From Calditrichia bacterium (GTDB lineage Bacteria; Calditrichota; Calditrichia; JAJRVZ01), in the NCBI GenBank assembly GCA_963796965.1, contig CAWCNS010000011.1:32001-96000 (forward strand): 64,000 bases of DNA. The letters are read 5' to 3'. Under the pieces are notes generated by a model. It was not told where the DNA came from. It saw nothing but the letters and a program-made list of their open reading frames with translations, and ran no database searches. Positions 1 through 10,847 of this stretch are shown here, one piece after another (position 1 is the first letter of the stretch; every line of letters starts with the position of its first letter). A program made the position numbers and the translations under genes.

Positions 1-19
1 TCAAGATAACCACACAATT

Positions 20-140
20 TTGAGATTTGTTAAATGTGATTTGTAATTTATTTGGAAATTGTTTTTTGTGATTTGTCATTTATTTGTTATTTGCTGTCTG
101 TAATTTATTATTTATCTAGAAATTGTATTTTTTATTTTGT
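20..140. repeat. Degenerate heptamer tract (TTTGTGA/TTTGTAA/TTTGGAA; reverse of AAATCAC/AAATTAC family)
   Basis: tgtgatttgtaatttatttggaaattgttttttgtgatttgtcatttatttg; same family as 4220-4350 and 4800-4905. Confidence 0.7.
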
Positions 141-141
141 A

Positions 142-1058
142 TTAATCCCCGCCCCAAAAATATTGATATGACATAGCAATCGCATCAAAATCGGGTCCTT
201 TCTCAAATCTTCTACCACTGGTCAGACCTAATTTCAATACATGTTGTCTTGCGATTGGAAGACATAGATCAGTCCAAGGCGGAGTGTGGAAATATGTGTA
301 TTTCTGTCAACATCATCGATCACGGATCGACCACCCATGCCATAGCCGGCTCCAATACCGATCCAACTTCCATTCGGGGGCAAGGAATAAATCAGGTGTA
401 TTTTGAGGGTAAAAAGCGGTCGCTGCTCCAACCTACGTCCACCCCAAAAATTATTATTGGGTGTGAATATCCAAATACCACCATATCCCTCAAAAATCCA
501 GTTATCGATGGTGTGCGCAACGCCTACTTGTGAGCGAAAGGTCCAGCGGTTGGAGCCGAGGTTGATTAATTTATCCGGAAAATTTTCACCAAAGGGCGTG
601 ATGATTTGCAGGCTGGCACCGGCTACTGTTTTATTTGTTTTTGAGGCATCAAATGGGCCCGTATAAGAGGGTGCTCCGAAAAAATTGCAAGATAGACGAA
701 TACGCGGATCACCAAATCCATCCCGTTTAACATCCGTCTGCTCCCCTTCATAAATACCATCCCAATTACCGGCCGCCCAGGGTACGATGACATCCAGTTT
801 ACCGGACATACCAAAAAAGTCAATTGCCCGTACATAAGCCGCAAAAAAGGTATGTAAATCGGAATTCAGATCTTCAATCGGCAGGGCCGGATCAAGCAGA
901 GTATTACCATTTGCATATCCGTATCCAAAGAGGACAAAATTCAGCCCAACCGGCGCATTAGTAAGACTGCGCGGCTCTAATTCCTGGGCATTAACAGACT
1001 GTAAAAAAATGACAAACAGGACCAGGACGATAAAGTATTTAATTTTTTTAATTTTCAA
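142..1058 (-). CDS. Outer-membrane beta-barrel transporter (Phenol_MetA_deg-like); frameshift near 3' end
   Basis: Signal peptide then QELEPRS..NAPVG, GFGDPRIR, INLGSNRW; an alternative frame continues LPIARQHVLKLGLTSGRRFEKGPDFDAIAMSYQYFWGGD* to TAA at 142-144. Confidence 0.75.
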
Positions 1059-1134
1059 TTAACCAACCTGCATAGTATCAAGGCGCATAATTGACTCATC
1101 TTTTAGAATTTAATATAACCTGATGTTTTTTACC

Positions 1135-1590
1135 TATTGCCGGCGGCCGTCCACTGCAGCATCTGCAGATCACCATCGGAATTACCAAAAGCAGTTATTA
1201 GTCTCTTACCAATAAACTGATGAATACCAACAGGTTTACCCTCTTTATCGTCAATAAAATTAATTTCGGGAAGTTATACTAAAACCGGCTGTCCGTCTAT
1301 AATTTCAAAATTTACTTTCCCTGAACTGCCAATAACCTGCTCAGGAGGAATGCCGGAAAGCGCTTGTGTGAGTGGACGCATAAATTCTATCCCACCGCCG
1401 GAAACGAGATAGGTTTTAAACCCTTAATCCGAAGGTAATCCAGCAATTCAAGCATTGGCTGGTAAACCAGCTCAGTGAACGGTCGATCAAACCGAGGGTG
1501 TTTGGCTTTTGCAACCCACTCTTTCACTATTGCCTCAAATTCTGTGGTTGTCATACCGCCGTGAGTTGCCATTACCAGTTCAAGCAAACC
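1135..1590 (-). pseudogene. Truncated, degraded paralog of the adjacent HAD hydrolase
   Basis: Matches LVMATHGGMTT..HPRF..YQPMLELLDYLR and AFGNSDGDLQMLQWT; lacks both termini; frameshift and in-frame TAA where the paralog has VLVKLP. Confidence 0.8.
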
Positions 1591-1606
1591 AGTTTTAATT
1601 AGTCAT

Positions 1607-2618
1607 TTATTCAGACCAAGGATAAATTACTTTCCAATCATTTTTCATATCAACTACTGTCCAGCCTTTTTTATTCGCTTCGTCCAAGACCTTTATCTAA
1701 TCTTCCAATGTGGGATTCTCTATCATAGGCCCATTCTCTTTCAGCATCTGTATGATGAACATAAACCATCAGTCTTTTACCCTCACCCGCAGCGGTCCAT
1801 TGCAGCATTTGCAAATCACCATCTGAATTACCAAAGGCAGCGATGGGTCTTTTACCAATAAACTGATGAATACCAACCGGCTTACCTTCTTTATCGTCAA
1901 AAAAATTAATTTCGGGAAGTTTAACTAAAACCGGCTGTCCATCTCTCATCTCAAATTTCACTTTCCCTGAACTGCCGACAACCTGTTCAGCAGGGATACC
2001 GTAAACCTCTTCTGTCCAGGGACGCATAAAATCTATTCCACCACCTGAAACAATATAAGTTTTAAATCCATTTGCTCTTAACTAATCAAGCAATTCAAGC
2101 ATTGGCTGAAAAACCATTTCTTTATAGAGTTTATTTGTCTTCGGATGTTTTGCTGTGTTAATCCATTCTTCTACAATCTTTTCAAATTCTTCTGTAGTCA
2201 TTCCGGAATGGGTTGCCATAATTAGATCAAGTACGCCATGCATACCAAATGAAAGCACGGTTTTTATATCATCGTCTAAGACAGCTTTGAACAGTGGTTT
2301 GTTTCTCCATTCGGGGTGTTTTGGTGCCAAGGCTTTTACTCTATCAAGCGCAAACTGTAATTGAAAATAATAGGGCTGTTCAGACCAGAGAGTTCCATCA
2401 TTATCAAACACGGCAATACGATCATCAGCCGGAATGTAATTGGGATCATTTTCATTGGTTACTTCTTTTACAAAATTTATGACAGCGGTTTTTGCGGCAC
2501 CCTCATTCCAGGATTTTAAGTAACCAATATCGCTGCTCTTAGGTTGTTGTGAACTACATGATAAAAATAGTAATAAAAGTAAACAGTAAGTTATAAATAA
2601 TTTTTTTCTATGCATCAT
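1607..2618 (-). CDS. HAD-family hydrolase lipoprotein; interrupted by TAG at 2082-2084 and a frameshift near 1685
   Basis: Lipobox FLSC; HAD motifs FDNDGTLW, IVSGGG, GNSDGD; reading through gives ELLD*LRANGFKTYIVSGGGIDFMRP and C-terminus KGWTVVDMKNDWKVIYPWSE. Confidence 0.85.
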
Positions 2619-2676
2619 ATGACCTTATAATAATAGATGCCGCGTTTCCACGGCATCATACAAAATAACATATTAA

Positions 2677-4191
2677 TTAATTCTGCGGCTTTGTCTGCAA
2701 ACTTTTTAATACCTCACCTACACCTAAAGATGATCCTGACACCGGTGGAAATTCTTTAAACGTTTGTAGGAATTTTGCCGTAACTGCCTGCGCAGGTACA
2801 AATGTCCACATCTGATCAGCCATCCAGCGCAGGTACATTTGTGAATCTTTCCATCCGCTTTCAAATGGATCAGCCCTTAGGTTAACAACAGTAGGCCATG
2901 AACGCTGTATCCTTACGGCTTCATTAATTGGTCCTTCTGTAAGAGTAAAATGAAGCTTCCAATTCGCATAGCGTATTGCATTCAAATTACCGCCCGCATC
3001 AAAATAGAATATCTCTTTTCTTGGATCTTCTTTAACTTCTCCTTTCCACAGAGGCATCATGTTGTATCCATCCAGATGAACTTTAAAGTTTTTATCACCA
3101 GCCTGATAACCTTTAAGCAGTTTTTCTTTAACGTCCGGTACACCTGCTGCAGCAAGTAAGGTAGGCATCATATCTTCGTGAGAATAAATATTGTTATCTA
3201 CCGTACCAGGTTTTATTACTCCTGGCCATCGGATTAGGCTAGGTACACGGAAGCCGCCTTCCCAGGTAGATCCTTTTTCACCATAAAAGGGAGTGCACCC
3301 ACCATCCGGCCAGGTAAATTTTTCGGCACCGTTATCTGTTGAATACATTACAATTGTATTGTTAGTAATTCCTAATTCACCCAATAAATCCAGCATCTTG
3401 CCTACTGCTAAATCGTGTTCTACCATGCCATCAGCATAAAGTCCGATACCTGTAACTCCGTCACTTTCTGGTTTAAGACGTGTCCATACATGCATTCGTG
3501 TTGCACTTAACCAAACGAAGAATGGTTTACCTTCTTTATGTGCATTTTTAATAAACTTAATGGCAGCCTCTGTAAATTCATCGTCAGCAGTTTCCATACG
3601 TTTTCTTGTCATCGGGCCGGTATCTTCAATACGTCCGTCTGAATAACTGTGAAGAACACCACGGGGACCAAATTCTTTATGAAACGCCGGATCCTTAGGA
3701 TAATAATATGTTTCCGGCTCTTCTTCAGCATTTAAATGATAAAGATTTCCAAAAAATTCATCGAAACCATGATTTGTTGGCAGGTGTGCATCCCTATCAC
3801 CAAGATGATTTTTACCAAATTGTCCTGAAGTATAGCCAAGTGGTTTTAACAATTCAGCAATGGTCGGTTGATTATCCTGAATTCCCTGTTCGGAACCGGG
3901 CATACCAATGGTGAGCAAACCAGTTCTAAAGGGATGTTGCCCGAGAATAAAGGCCGCTCTTCCGGCGGTGCAGGATTGCTGGGCATACCAGTCGGTGTAC
4001 ATTGCCCCTTCATCAGCAATACGGTCAATATTGGGCGTTTTATAGCCCATCATACCATGATTGTACTTACTAATATTGGACCAGCCAATATCATCACCCC
4101 AGATGACCAGGATGTTGGGTTTATCCTGAGCCACTGCTGCAGATGAGAAGACCAGGCCTAAACATAAAACAATTAAATACTTAAAATACAT
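2677..4191 (-). CDS. Arylsulfatase (Cys-type, formylglycine-dependent S1 sulfatase)
   Basis: Signal peptide, [19 protein letters not shown] (CxAxR), GKNHLGD, STDNG. Confidence 0.95.
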   Translation of the reverse strand: MYFKYLIVLCLGLVFSSAAVAQDKPNILVIWGDDIGWSNISKYNHGMMGYKTPNIDRIADEGAMYTDWYAQQSCTAGRAAFILGQHPFRTGLLTIGMPGSEQGIQDNQPTIAELLKPLGYTSGQFGKNHLGDRDAHLPTNHGFDEFFGNLYHLNAEEEPETYYYPKDPAFHKEFGPRGVLHSYSDGRIEDTGPMTRKRMETADDEFTEAAIKFIKNAHKEGKPFFVWLSATRMHVWTRLKPESDGVTGIGLYADGMVEHDLAVGKMLDLLGELGITNNTIVMYSTDNGAEKFTWPDGGCTPFYGEKGSTWEGGFRVPSLIRWPGVIKPGTVDNNIYSHEDMMPTLLAAAGVPDVKEKLLKGYQAGDKNFKVHLDGYNMMPLWKGEVKEDPRKEIFYFDAGGNLNAIRYANWKLHFTLTEGPINEAVRIQRSWPTVVNLRADPFESGWKDSQMYLRWMADQMWTFVPAQAVTAKFLQTFKEFPPVSGSSLGVGEVLKSLQTKPQN

Positions 4192-4219
4192 ATGTGCCTC
4201 CTTCTATTTAATAACTGTC

Positions 4220-4352
4220 AAATCACAAATTACAAATGACAAATAAGTTCCAGTATTCATATTCCAAAAAACAAATAAATCACAAAATACAACTTACAAA
4301 TCACAAATAAATTCCAAATAACATATTCCAAATATCAAATCAGACCAAATAT
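4220..4352. repeat. Heptamer array AAATCAC/AAATTAC/AAATTCC downstream of four-helix bundle gene 1
   Basis: caaatcacaaattacaaatgacaaat...aaatcacaaaatac...aaatcacaaataaattccaaat. Confidence 0.75.
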
Positions 4353-4374
4353 CAACTGCAATTTTATTACGAAT

Positions 4375-4731
4375 TCATTTAGATTTTTCTATAATCGCAG
4401 AAAGAATCTTTTTTAATTCTATTGCTTCTCCATATAATTTTAAAGCCTCCCTCTTATTATCAAAACTATTACACTCCATGATAAGTTTGATCCAATAAGC
4501 GGACTCTTTTGCTTCTTTTCGACTAATGCGCATGCGCATTAAAAAATCTTTTTTTCCTAATGCTTCATTCGCTTCAATGTAATTTGCACCAACCGATCCT
4601 GATGATTTGAGAAGTTGACTGATATCTTCTCGATTATGAATAGAAATTCGAATTGCCTTGACGAATAATCTTACATTTTTTGCAAAATCATAAGTTCTTG
4701 TCTCTAAATCAACATAGGAACGATATACCAT
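4375..4731 (-). CDS. Four helix bundle protein (TIGR02436 / 23S rRNA-IVP-like)
   Basis: DLETRTYDF, QLLKSSGSVGANYIEANEALGKKDF, ISRKEAKESAYW. Confidence 0.9.
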   Translation of the reverse strand: MVYRSYVDLETRTYDFAKNVRLFVKAIRISIHNREDISQLLKSSGSVGANYIEANEALGKKDFLMRMRISRKEAKESAYWIKLIMECNSFDNKREALKLYGEAIELKKILSAIIEKSK

Positions 4732-4799
4732 GATAAATACCTCATTTTAATTCATGGTATATCAATTGCAAAATTCATTCCAATCTCAAATTTACCGTC

Positions 4800-4905
4800 C
4801 AATTTTGGAATATGTCTTTTCGATTTTTTCGGAACTTGTATTTTACAATTTGCTATTTAATTGTTATTTGTAATTTGTGATTCATTTGGAAATTGTTTTT
4901 TGTAA
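4800..4905. repeat. Heptamer array, inverted relative to 4220-4352, upstream of four-helix bundle gene 1
   Basis: ttgttatttgtaatttgtgattcatttggaaattgttttttgtaat. Confidence 0.7.
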
Positions 4906-5060
4906 TATGTTCTTTGTGCTGTTAATTTCCCCAGTGATAAATCCGTTTCCAGTCCTGCTTCATATCCACAACAATCCTGCATAGCCTGATAATACTCTCC
5001 TGTGAGTATGTCTTTCTCCAGTAAATAGTTCAATGTATATTTTGAGCCAGGATAATTCAC
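4857..5060 (-). CDS. Possible small hypothetical protein; 3' end runs into repeat tract
   Basis: AGGAGA RBS just before a GTG start; no recognisable family. Confidence 0.3.
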   Translation of the reverse strand: MNYPGSKYTLNYLLEKDILTGEYYQAMQDCCGYEAGLETDLSLGKLTAQRTYYKKQFPNESQITNNN

Positions 5061-5206
5061 ATCTCCTAATAAAATAATAATTTTTAAGAATTATAAATTG
5101 CCTCCTAATCCAAGTCGTAATATTGATTATAAATTATTACGATTGAATTTCGACGAATCACTCGATGATTTAATAAACAACAGTTTTTTATGAACGTTTG
5201 TTATAG

Positions 5207-5238
5207 AATGACCGAATAGTAAAAACTATCCGGTCATT
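5207..5238 (-). terminator. Hairpin / probable terminator after sulfatase 2
   Basis: aatgaccgaatagt-aaaa-actatccggtcatt. Confidence 0.65.
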
Positions 5239-5251
5239 GATTTCAAATATC

Positions 5252-6804
5252 TTAATGAGCCCCGGGCGATTCCAATTTTTTCAAAACTTGATCCAGACTG
5301 AAACTTGCAGCTTTTTGTCTTGGCGGAAATTCCTTAAATGTTGCTAGAAATTGACTTACATAAGATTGTGCGGGAACCATAAAGAATACGTGATCCATTA
5401 CCCAATCATAATATGTATTTGAAGTTATTTGTGCACGCTCATAGGGATCTCTGCGAAGGTTAAACATAAGTGGCACCCTCAAAGGTGTAAATGGATTTGC
5501 CCAGAGCGCGAATGTCCCGACTTCCCTTTGTTCCATAAAAACTAAGTTTCCAATCGGCATATCTTAAAGCTGTCAAATCACCGTCATCTGAAAAATAAAA
5601 TATTTCATTACGTGGTGCCTTTATCCTGTTTTCCGGTTAGAAATGGAAGGAAATTGTAACCATCTAAATGTACTTTATAGTTTCTGCCAATGTGACACTG
5701 TAACCTGATTTGAGTTTTTCTTTTATATCATTTTCTCCTGCAGCAGCCACAAAGGTTGGTAACCAATCCATATGATGCATAATTTCATTTGAAATGAGCC
5801 GGCTTCTATTTGGCCAGGCCATCTAACCATTGAAGGTACTCTCCAACCGCCTTCCCAATTTGTATTTTTCTCGCCCCTGAATGGTGTTGCACCCGCATCT
5901 GGCCATGTATTATAATGAGGTCCATTATCTGTACTATAAAAAACTATTGTGTTATCAGCGATTTTCAGCTCATCTAAAAGTTTTAAGAATTTTCCAATAT
6001 GCATATCGTGTTCAACCATTCCATCACTGTATTCATCCTGTCCTGATATTCCACGAAGTTCTTTTTTAACGTGAGTTCTGAAATGCATTCTTGTCCCGCT
6101 CCACCAAACAAAGAATGGTTTGCCGGAAGCAACTGATTTTTTAATGAATTCAATAGCCGCGTCGCTTGTTTCATCATCAATAGTTTCCATTCTTTTCTTT
6201 GTCAAGGGACCGGTATCTTCAATTTTGCCGTCAGCAAAAGAATGAATTACACCACGAGGTCCATATCTTTCATGAAATGTATGCCCATTTGATGTAATCC
6301 AAATCACCAGGATAATCTTCAAGTTCAGGTTCCTCTTCAGCGTTTAAGTGATAAAGATTACCAAAAAATTCATCAAACCCATGATTGGTTGGAAGAAATT
6401 CATCTTTATCGCCTAAATGGTTTTTACCGAATTGACCGGTTGCATAACCGAAATTCTTAAGAATTCCTGCAATAGTTGGATCTTCTTCTCTCATTCCAAG
6501 ATCAGAACCGGGTAATCCAACTTTACTTAAACCGGTTCTAAAAACACTCTGCCCGGTAATAAATGAAGATCTTCCTGCAGTACAACTTTGTTCGCCATAA
6601 TAATCAGTGAAGATCATTCCTTCATTAGCAATACGGTCAATATTCGGTGTGTGATATCCCATCATACCTTTTGAATATGCACTGATATTGGATTGGCCAA
6701 TATCATCACCCCAGATGACCAGAATGTTGGGTTTATCCTGAGCCAGGGCTGCAGATGAAAGAACCAAAACTAAAACATAAATTAATTAAATACTTAAAAT
6801 ACAT
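5252..6804 (-). CDS. Second arylsulfatase (several frameshifts)
   Basis: ORFs 6270-6767, 5723-6322 and 5252-5560 give consecutive sulfatase segments ([25 protein letters not shown]); ATG at 6804 with GGAGG RBS. Confidence 0.9.
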
Positions 6805-6819
6805 ATGTACCTCCTTTTA

Positions 6820-7002
6820 ATTAAATACCAAATCACAAATTATAAATTTCAAACAAATTACAAATATACAATTTCAAATTCCGAATTCCAATTCATACAT
6901 TCCAGTAACCAATTTCAAATTCCCAATATCTCGAATTCCAAATCCCGAATCACTGATCAGGTATCACTCATCACATATCTCGTATCCCGTATCACATATT
7001 TT
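6820..7002. repeat. Composite heptamer tract (AAATTAC type, then TCCCGTA/TCTCGTA type)
   Basis: aaatcacaaattataaatttcaaacaaattacaaat...atctcgtatcccgtatcacat. Confidence 0.7.
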
Positions 7003-7029
7003 AATCACTCCGTCAAACGCGCATTTATC

Positions 7030-8059
7030 TTATTTAGCGAATGACCGTTCTGGTGCGCTGCCAACCAAACCGGTTGCGATTCCAGCCACGTCAATCAGCG
7101 GAGGTACGGGTATACCAGCACCAAGATTGCGGTGAGACTGGGCCCAGACGGTCATTGCTGAACGAGCGATCCTGATCTTTGCATCTACCTGAGCACCCCA
7201 GGCAATCAGTTCGTCCTGTTTAGCGATATATTCCGCTTTTACTTCATCCAACTGATGAATCAAAATATCTATCTGTTGTAGGTTAGCGATCAGATAGTTC
7301 TCAACCTGTTCAAATTGTGCCACTGAGACATTCGTCGTGGAAGGAATAAAATTTCTAATGGCAGCATTTGTTTGAACCAGTGTATCCAGTTGTGCCTGAT
7401 TTCCGATCCTTGCCTGGTACAATCGGGTAGCCGACAACATCAACTCTTCTTGCAGATGTTTCAGGTGCTCATAATTTGCTCTGGTCTTCGCAAAATCTTT
7501 TTCAATCTCGCGATCAAAAGCGATAAGAATAGATGGAATAGCATCCTGTATTTCTTTCAGGCGGCGCTTGATAGCGCTGACCACGCTGTTTATTATCGGG
7601 CTGGCAGCAGCAATCCCATCCAGATAAGTCTCGGCATCTCTGAATATTCTTAAACACCGAAACAGCCTCCATTTTATCCACTTGCAGACTGTCTATTTTT
7701 TCATCTGTAACCGCTTTTTCCATGGCCTCACTCAAATATTTGGCCAACTGTTTATTTTTATCTTGATTGGAAAGTTTGGCATTATTGATCGCTACGACCT
7801 GATTGGAATAATATACAATGCCGTTTAAACCACCAAATAAAGGTTGTGCACGTTTTAAAACAATTTGGTATTCCGGCACAAAAGTATATTCTTTTAAATG
7901 TTTCCACTGAAACGGCCGGCTGACCTTTACTGCTTCACTGAACAGGGTCCCGGCATTATCAGAAAAGGGTGTCATATCGATCTGCTTGGAACTTTTAAAA
8001 ACAGAACAGCTACTGACGATCAATGCCATTGAGACTATGATTAAAATCTTTATTCTCAT
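7030..8059 (-). CDS. Helical lipoprotein of unknown function (frameshift near 7640)
   Basis: Lipobox IVSSC; ORFs 7514-8059 and 7030-7584 join into one coiled-coil-rich protein. Confidence 0.7.
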
Positions 8060-8173
8060 GACTACCTTTCTCTAAGAATTATATCAAATCACAATTACCA
8101 AATAAACAAATTACCAAATTACCTATCCCGTATCCCGTATCATTTATATTACATCCCCCTACCCCCCTTTATT

Positions 8174-9824
8174 GGGGCTGTTGCAGTCTTTTTTAACATA
8201 ACTTGAACAATATTAATTATTTAGTTAAATTTTCCCCGTATTATTAGGGGTATATATGAACTTTCTTTCAAAAGATCGTAATCAGACACAAATACTAGGC
8301 TACTCCTTAGATGATTTCGTACCAAAGGATGCTAAATGCCGTTTGGTTGTGTCCCTTGTAAATGAATTGAATCTAAAGAACCTATATAATAGATATAGTA
8401 ATCAAGGTAACCCTGCTTTTGATCCATCTTCTATGTTAGCGACTTGGTTTCTATGCTATTGTGAAGGTGAAACCCGTACACGGAAATTAGAACAATTATG
8501 TAAAAGGGATCTTCATTTTATTTACATCTCTTCGAACTTACAACCCGACCATACCAGTCTTTCCCGGTTTCGTCAAGCCAATATTGATTTAATGACCGAG
8601 TACTTTACACAATTAGTCTTACTTATCAAGAAGAAAAATCTGGCCCAGTTTAATGATATTGCCATAGATGGCACCAAGGTTCAAGCCTTTGGTAGTAAGG
8701 CTAAGGGTATTACACAAGAGGGTTTATCCCGTGAACTAAAGAGAATCCGTCAACAAATAAAAGACTACTTAAGCGCGTGTGATGTCTCTGATAAAGGATC
8801 AGATATTGATATCCCAACGATACAGAAAAAGATAAAAGATTTACGTAATAAAAAGAAACAACTCATAAAGCATGATCAAGAGATCAAAAAGCGCCAAAAG
8901 CAGTTAAAATCAGAACATAGAAAAAACCATCGGATTAATCTCACTGAACCAGAAGCATTTTTGATGAACAAGGTAAACGGATCTCAAAAGTTGCCCGCTT
9001 ATAATGCCCAGGCCAGTGTTGATACAAAGACACAAATCATTGCTGCCAATAATGTGGTTCAGGATCGAAACGATGCCCATCAATTCAAAGAGCAATATAA
9101 AAATGTAGAAAGTAATCTGGGGCGTAATCCTGATCGTGAATATACTACTGATTCGGGCTACCACAGTTTAGAGCAGTTAGAATATGTAGAAGAAAATCAG
9201 ATAAAGGCCATCATTGCTGATAAAAGCCCTAAAAGTAGATCACAATCGAAAGTGGTCGATCAAAATATTATCAGAAATAAAGATAAATTTGAAAGGTCTG
9301 ATTTTACTTACAATAAAGAGGAAGATTATTACCAATGTCCGGTCGGAAAGAAGTTAGTTTATCAAAAACCAATCAAGTGTCACGGCCGGAGAAGTCGCCG
9401 ATATAAGTGCTTCGACTGTGAAAGATGCATATATCGTAATAAATGTCTCCCAGAACCTAAGCAGGATAAATATCGACAGATTACGCGGGATGAAAAAGAG
9501 CATTTAGCTGAAAAAATGTATCATAATACCCAAACAGAATATGGAAAGAACAAATTAATACAGAGAAAACACTCTGTTGAAGGTGTCTTCGGCAACCTGA
9601 AAGAAAACTTAGGTTTTAGGCGATTCCGACTAAAGGGATTATCAAAAGTTCAAGGTGAATTTAACATGATGTGCATCGCGCACAACATAAATAAGATCTA
9701 TATCTTATTTATTAAACTATTTTCACCTTTATACTATATCCAAATTTTCAAAGAACAATTTATATCTATTAAAAAACTATCAGTTGAATATGTAAATTAA
9801 AATATGTTGTTGTGCAACAGCCCC
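8174..9824 (+). mobile_element. IS1182-family insertion sequence
   Basis: 12-bp perfect TIRs GGGGCTGTTGCA (8174-8185) / TGCAACAGCCCC (9813-9824); 4-bp direct repeat TATT at 8170-8173 and 9825-9828. Confidence 0.92.
8256..9800 (+). CDS. IS1182-family DDE transposase
   Basis: GNPAFDP, PDHTSLSRFR, IAIDGTK, AYNAQ, DSGY, CPVGK..C..C..C..C, RKHSVEGVFGNLK..GFRRF. Confidence 0.93.
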   Translation: MNFLSKDRNQTQILGYSLDDFVPKDAKCRLVVSLVNELNLKNLYNRYSNQGNPAFDPSSMLATWFLCYCEGETRTRKLEQLCKRDLHFIYISSNLQPDHTSLSRFRQANIDLMTEYFTQLVLLIKKKNLAQFNDIAIDGTKVQAFGSKAKGITQEGLSRELKRIRQQIKDYLSACDVSDKGSDIDIPTIQKKIKDLRNKKKQLIKHDQEIKKRQKQLKSEHRKNHRINLTEPEAFLMNKVNGSQKLPAYNAQASVDTKTQIIAANNVVQDRNDAHQFKEQYKNVESNLGRNPDREYTTDSGYHSLEQLEYVEENQIKAIIADKSPKSRSQSKVVDQNIIRNKDKFERSDFTYNKEEDYYQCPVGKKLVYQKPIKCHGRRSRRYKCFDCERCIYRNKCLPEPKQDKYRQITRDEKEHLAEKMYHNTQTEYGKNKLIQRKHSVEGVFGNLKENLGFRRFRLKGLSKVQGEFNMMCIAHNINKIYILFIKLFSPLYYIQIFKEQFISIKKLSVEYVN

Positions 9825-9844
9825 TATTAAGGGGGAATTAGATC

Positions 9845-9955
9845 GTGCTATCCAGCATCCAACATCGGGTATCCGGTATCACCTATCTCACATCCCGTCT
9901 CCCGCATCACGTATCTCGTATCTCCTATCCCGTATCTCGAAACACACATCCCATC
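9845..9955. repeat. Heptamer tract TCCCGYA/TCTCGTA
   Basis: catcccgtctcccgcatcacgtatctcgtatctcctatcccgtatctcg. Confidence 0.75.
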
Positions 9956-9958
9956 ATT

Positions 9959-10609
9959 TTATTCCGCAAATCTTTTTTTATGCCTTCTTTTCAATAGACC
10001 ACCAATAAGTATAACACTCAACCAGGCTAAGTTCCAGGCACCAGGTCCTATAAAAGCGAAAGGAATTGTAAGCGTGGCAGCCAATGGTTCTGTAAGAATA
10101 CTGATTCTAATCTCATTCCCCTCCTCCGGTGTTACCGCCTCAGATATCAAGTCAGAACGTTTGGAAGCATAGACCCAGGCTAGCACACCAGTAAAACCGG
10201 CCAGAGCCAGGGAAACACTTTGCATAAACAAAGCCAAAACATCTGACTGTGTATCCATATCTAACCTTATACTGTAAAAATAAAGTAAGAGAAACATCAA
10301 CTGCACAATTGAGAGTGTGGTGTGTTTTGCATCTGTACTGACCAAATTTCCGGTCGTCTTATTGTTTTGGTACCAGTAAATTGAGACTATCACAAATCCG
10401 ATAACAAACATCACAAAGTTCTCCCCGCCTTCGGTAAAAATGACAAGGGGATCAATATTTCCCGATTTGGGATTTGTTAAATGAGGCAAAAGCATAAACA
10501 ATCTGATAATCAAAAGACCAAAAACTACATCAATCAGGGTTTGCAGCCGACCTAACTGGCGTTTATCCCGCTCCTGCTGTGCCAGGGTTCTTTCAATTTT
10601 TTTAGCCAA
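9959..10609 (-). CDS. TMEM175/DUF1211-family membrane protein
   Basis: About 6 TM helices; [10 protein letters not shown] resembles RLEAFSDGVF; F.IVSIYW motif. Confidence 0.7.
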   Translation of the reverse strand: MAKKIERTLAQQERDKRQLGRLQTLIDVVFGLLIIRLFMLLPHLTNPKSGNIDPLVIFTEGGENFVMFVIGFVIVSIYWYQNNKTTGNLVSTDAKHTTLSIVQLMFLLLYFYSIRLDMDTQSDVLALFMQSVSLALAGFTGVLAWVYASKRSDLISEAVTPEEGNEIRISILTEPLAATLTIPFAFIGPGAWNLAWLSVILIGGLLKRRHKKRFAE

Positions 10610-10811
10610 TTTATCCCTCCCTTTTTAGCTTGTAATCCAATTCCAAATTGGACTTCAAGTTCAAGAATTATTTCTCTCGCAAGGCCGTAAATATATTTTC
10701 CACGAATTTCACAAATTTTGACGAATTTCACGGATTATTTCTTAATTCTTTTTTCTTTAGTCTTGAAATCCTCTGCGGCGTTGCGGCGCTGCGAGAGATT
10801 TTCAAGCCAGT

Positions 10812-10838
10812 TGTAGTCCATCTTAGAGATGGACTACA
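10812..10838. repeat. Palindrome TGTAGTCCATC-N5-GATGGACTACA (copy 1; could act as terminator)
   Basis: Perfect 11-bp stem right after the gene ending at 10848; second copy at 40958-40990. Confidence 0.75.
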
Positions 10839-10847
10839 TCTCTTTTT

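Noticed and set aside
2082..2084. In-frame TAG in the HAD gene as pyrrolysine or recoding
   Set aside because: Aligns to Tyr in the paralog (ELLDYLR), one base from TAT/TAC, in an error-rich sequence; no pyl genes seen
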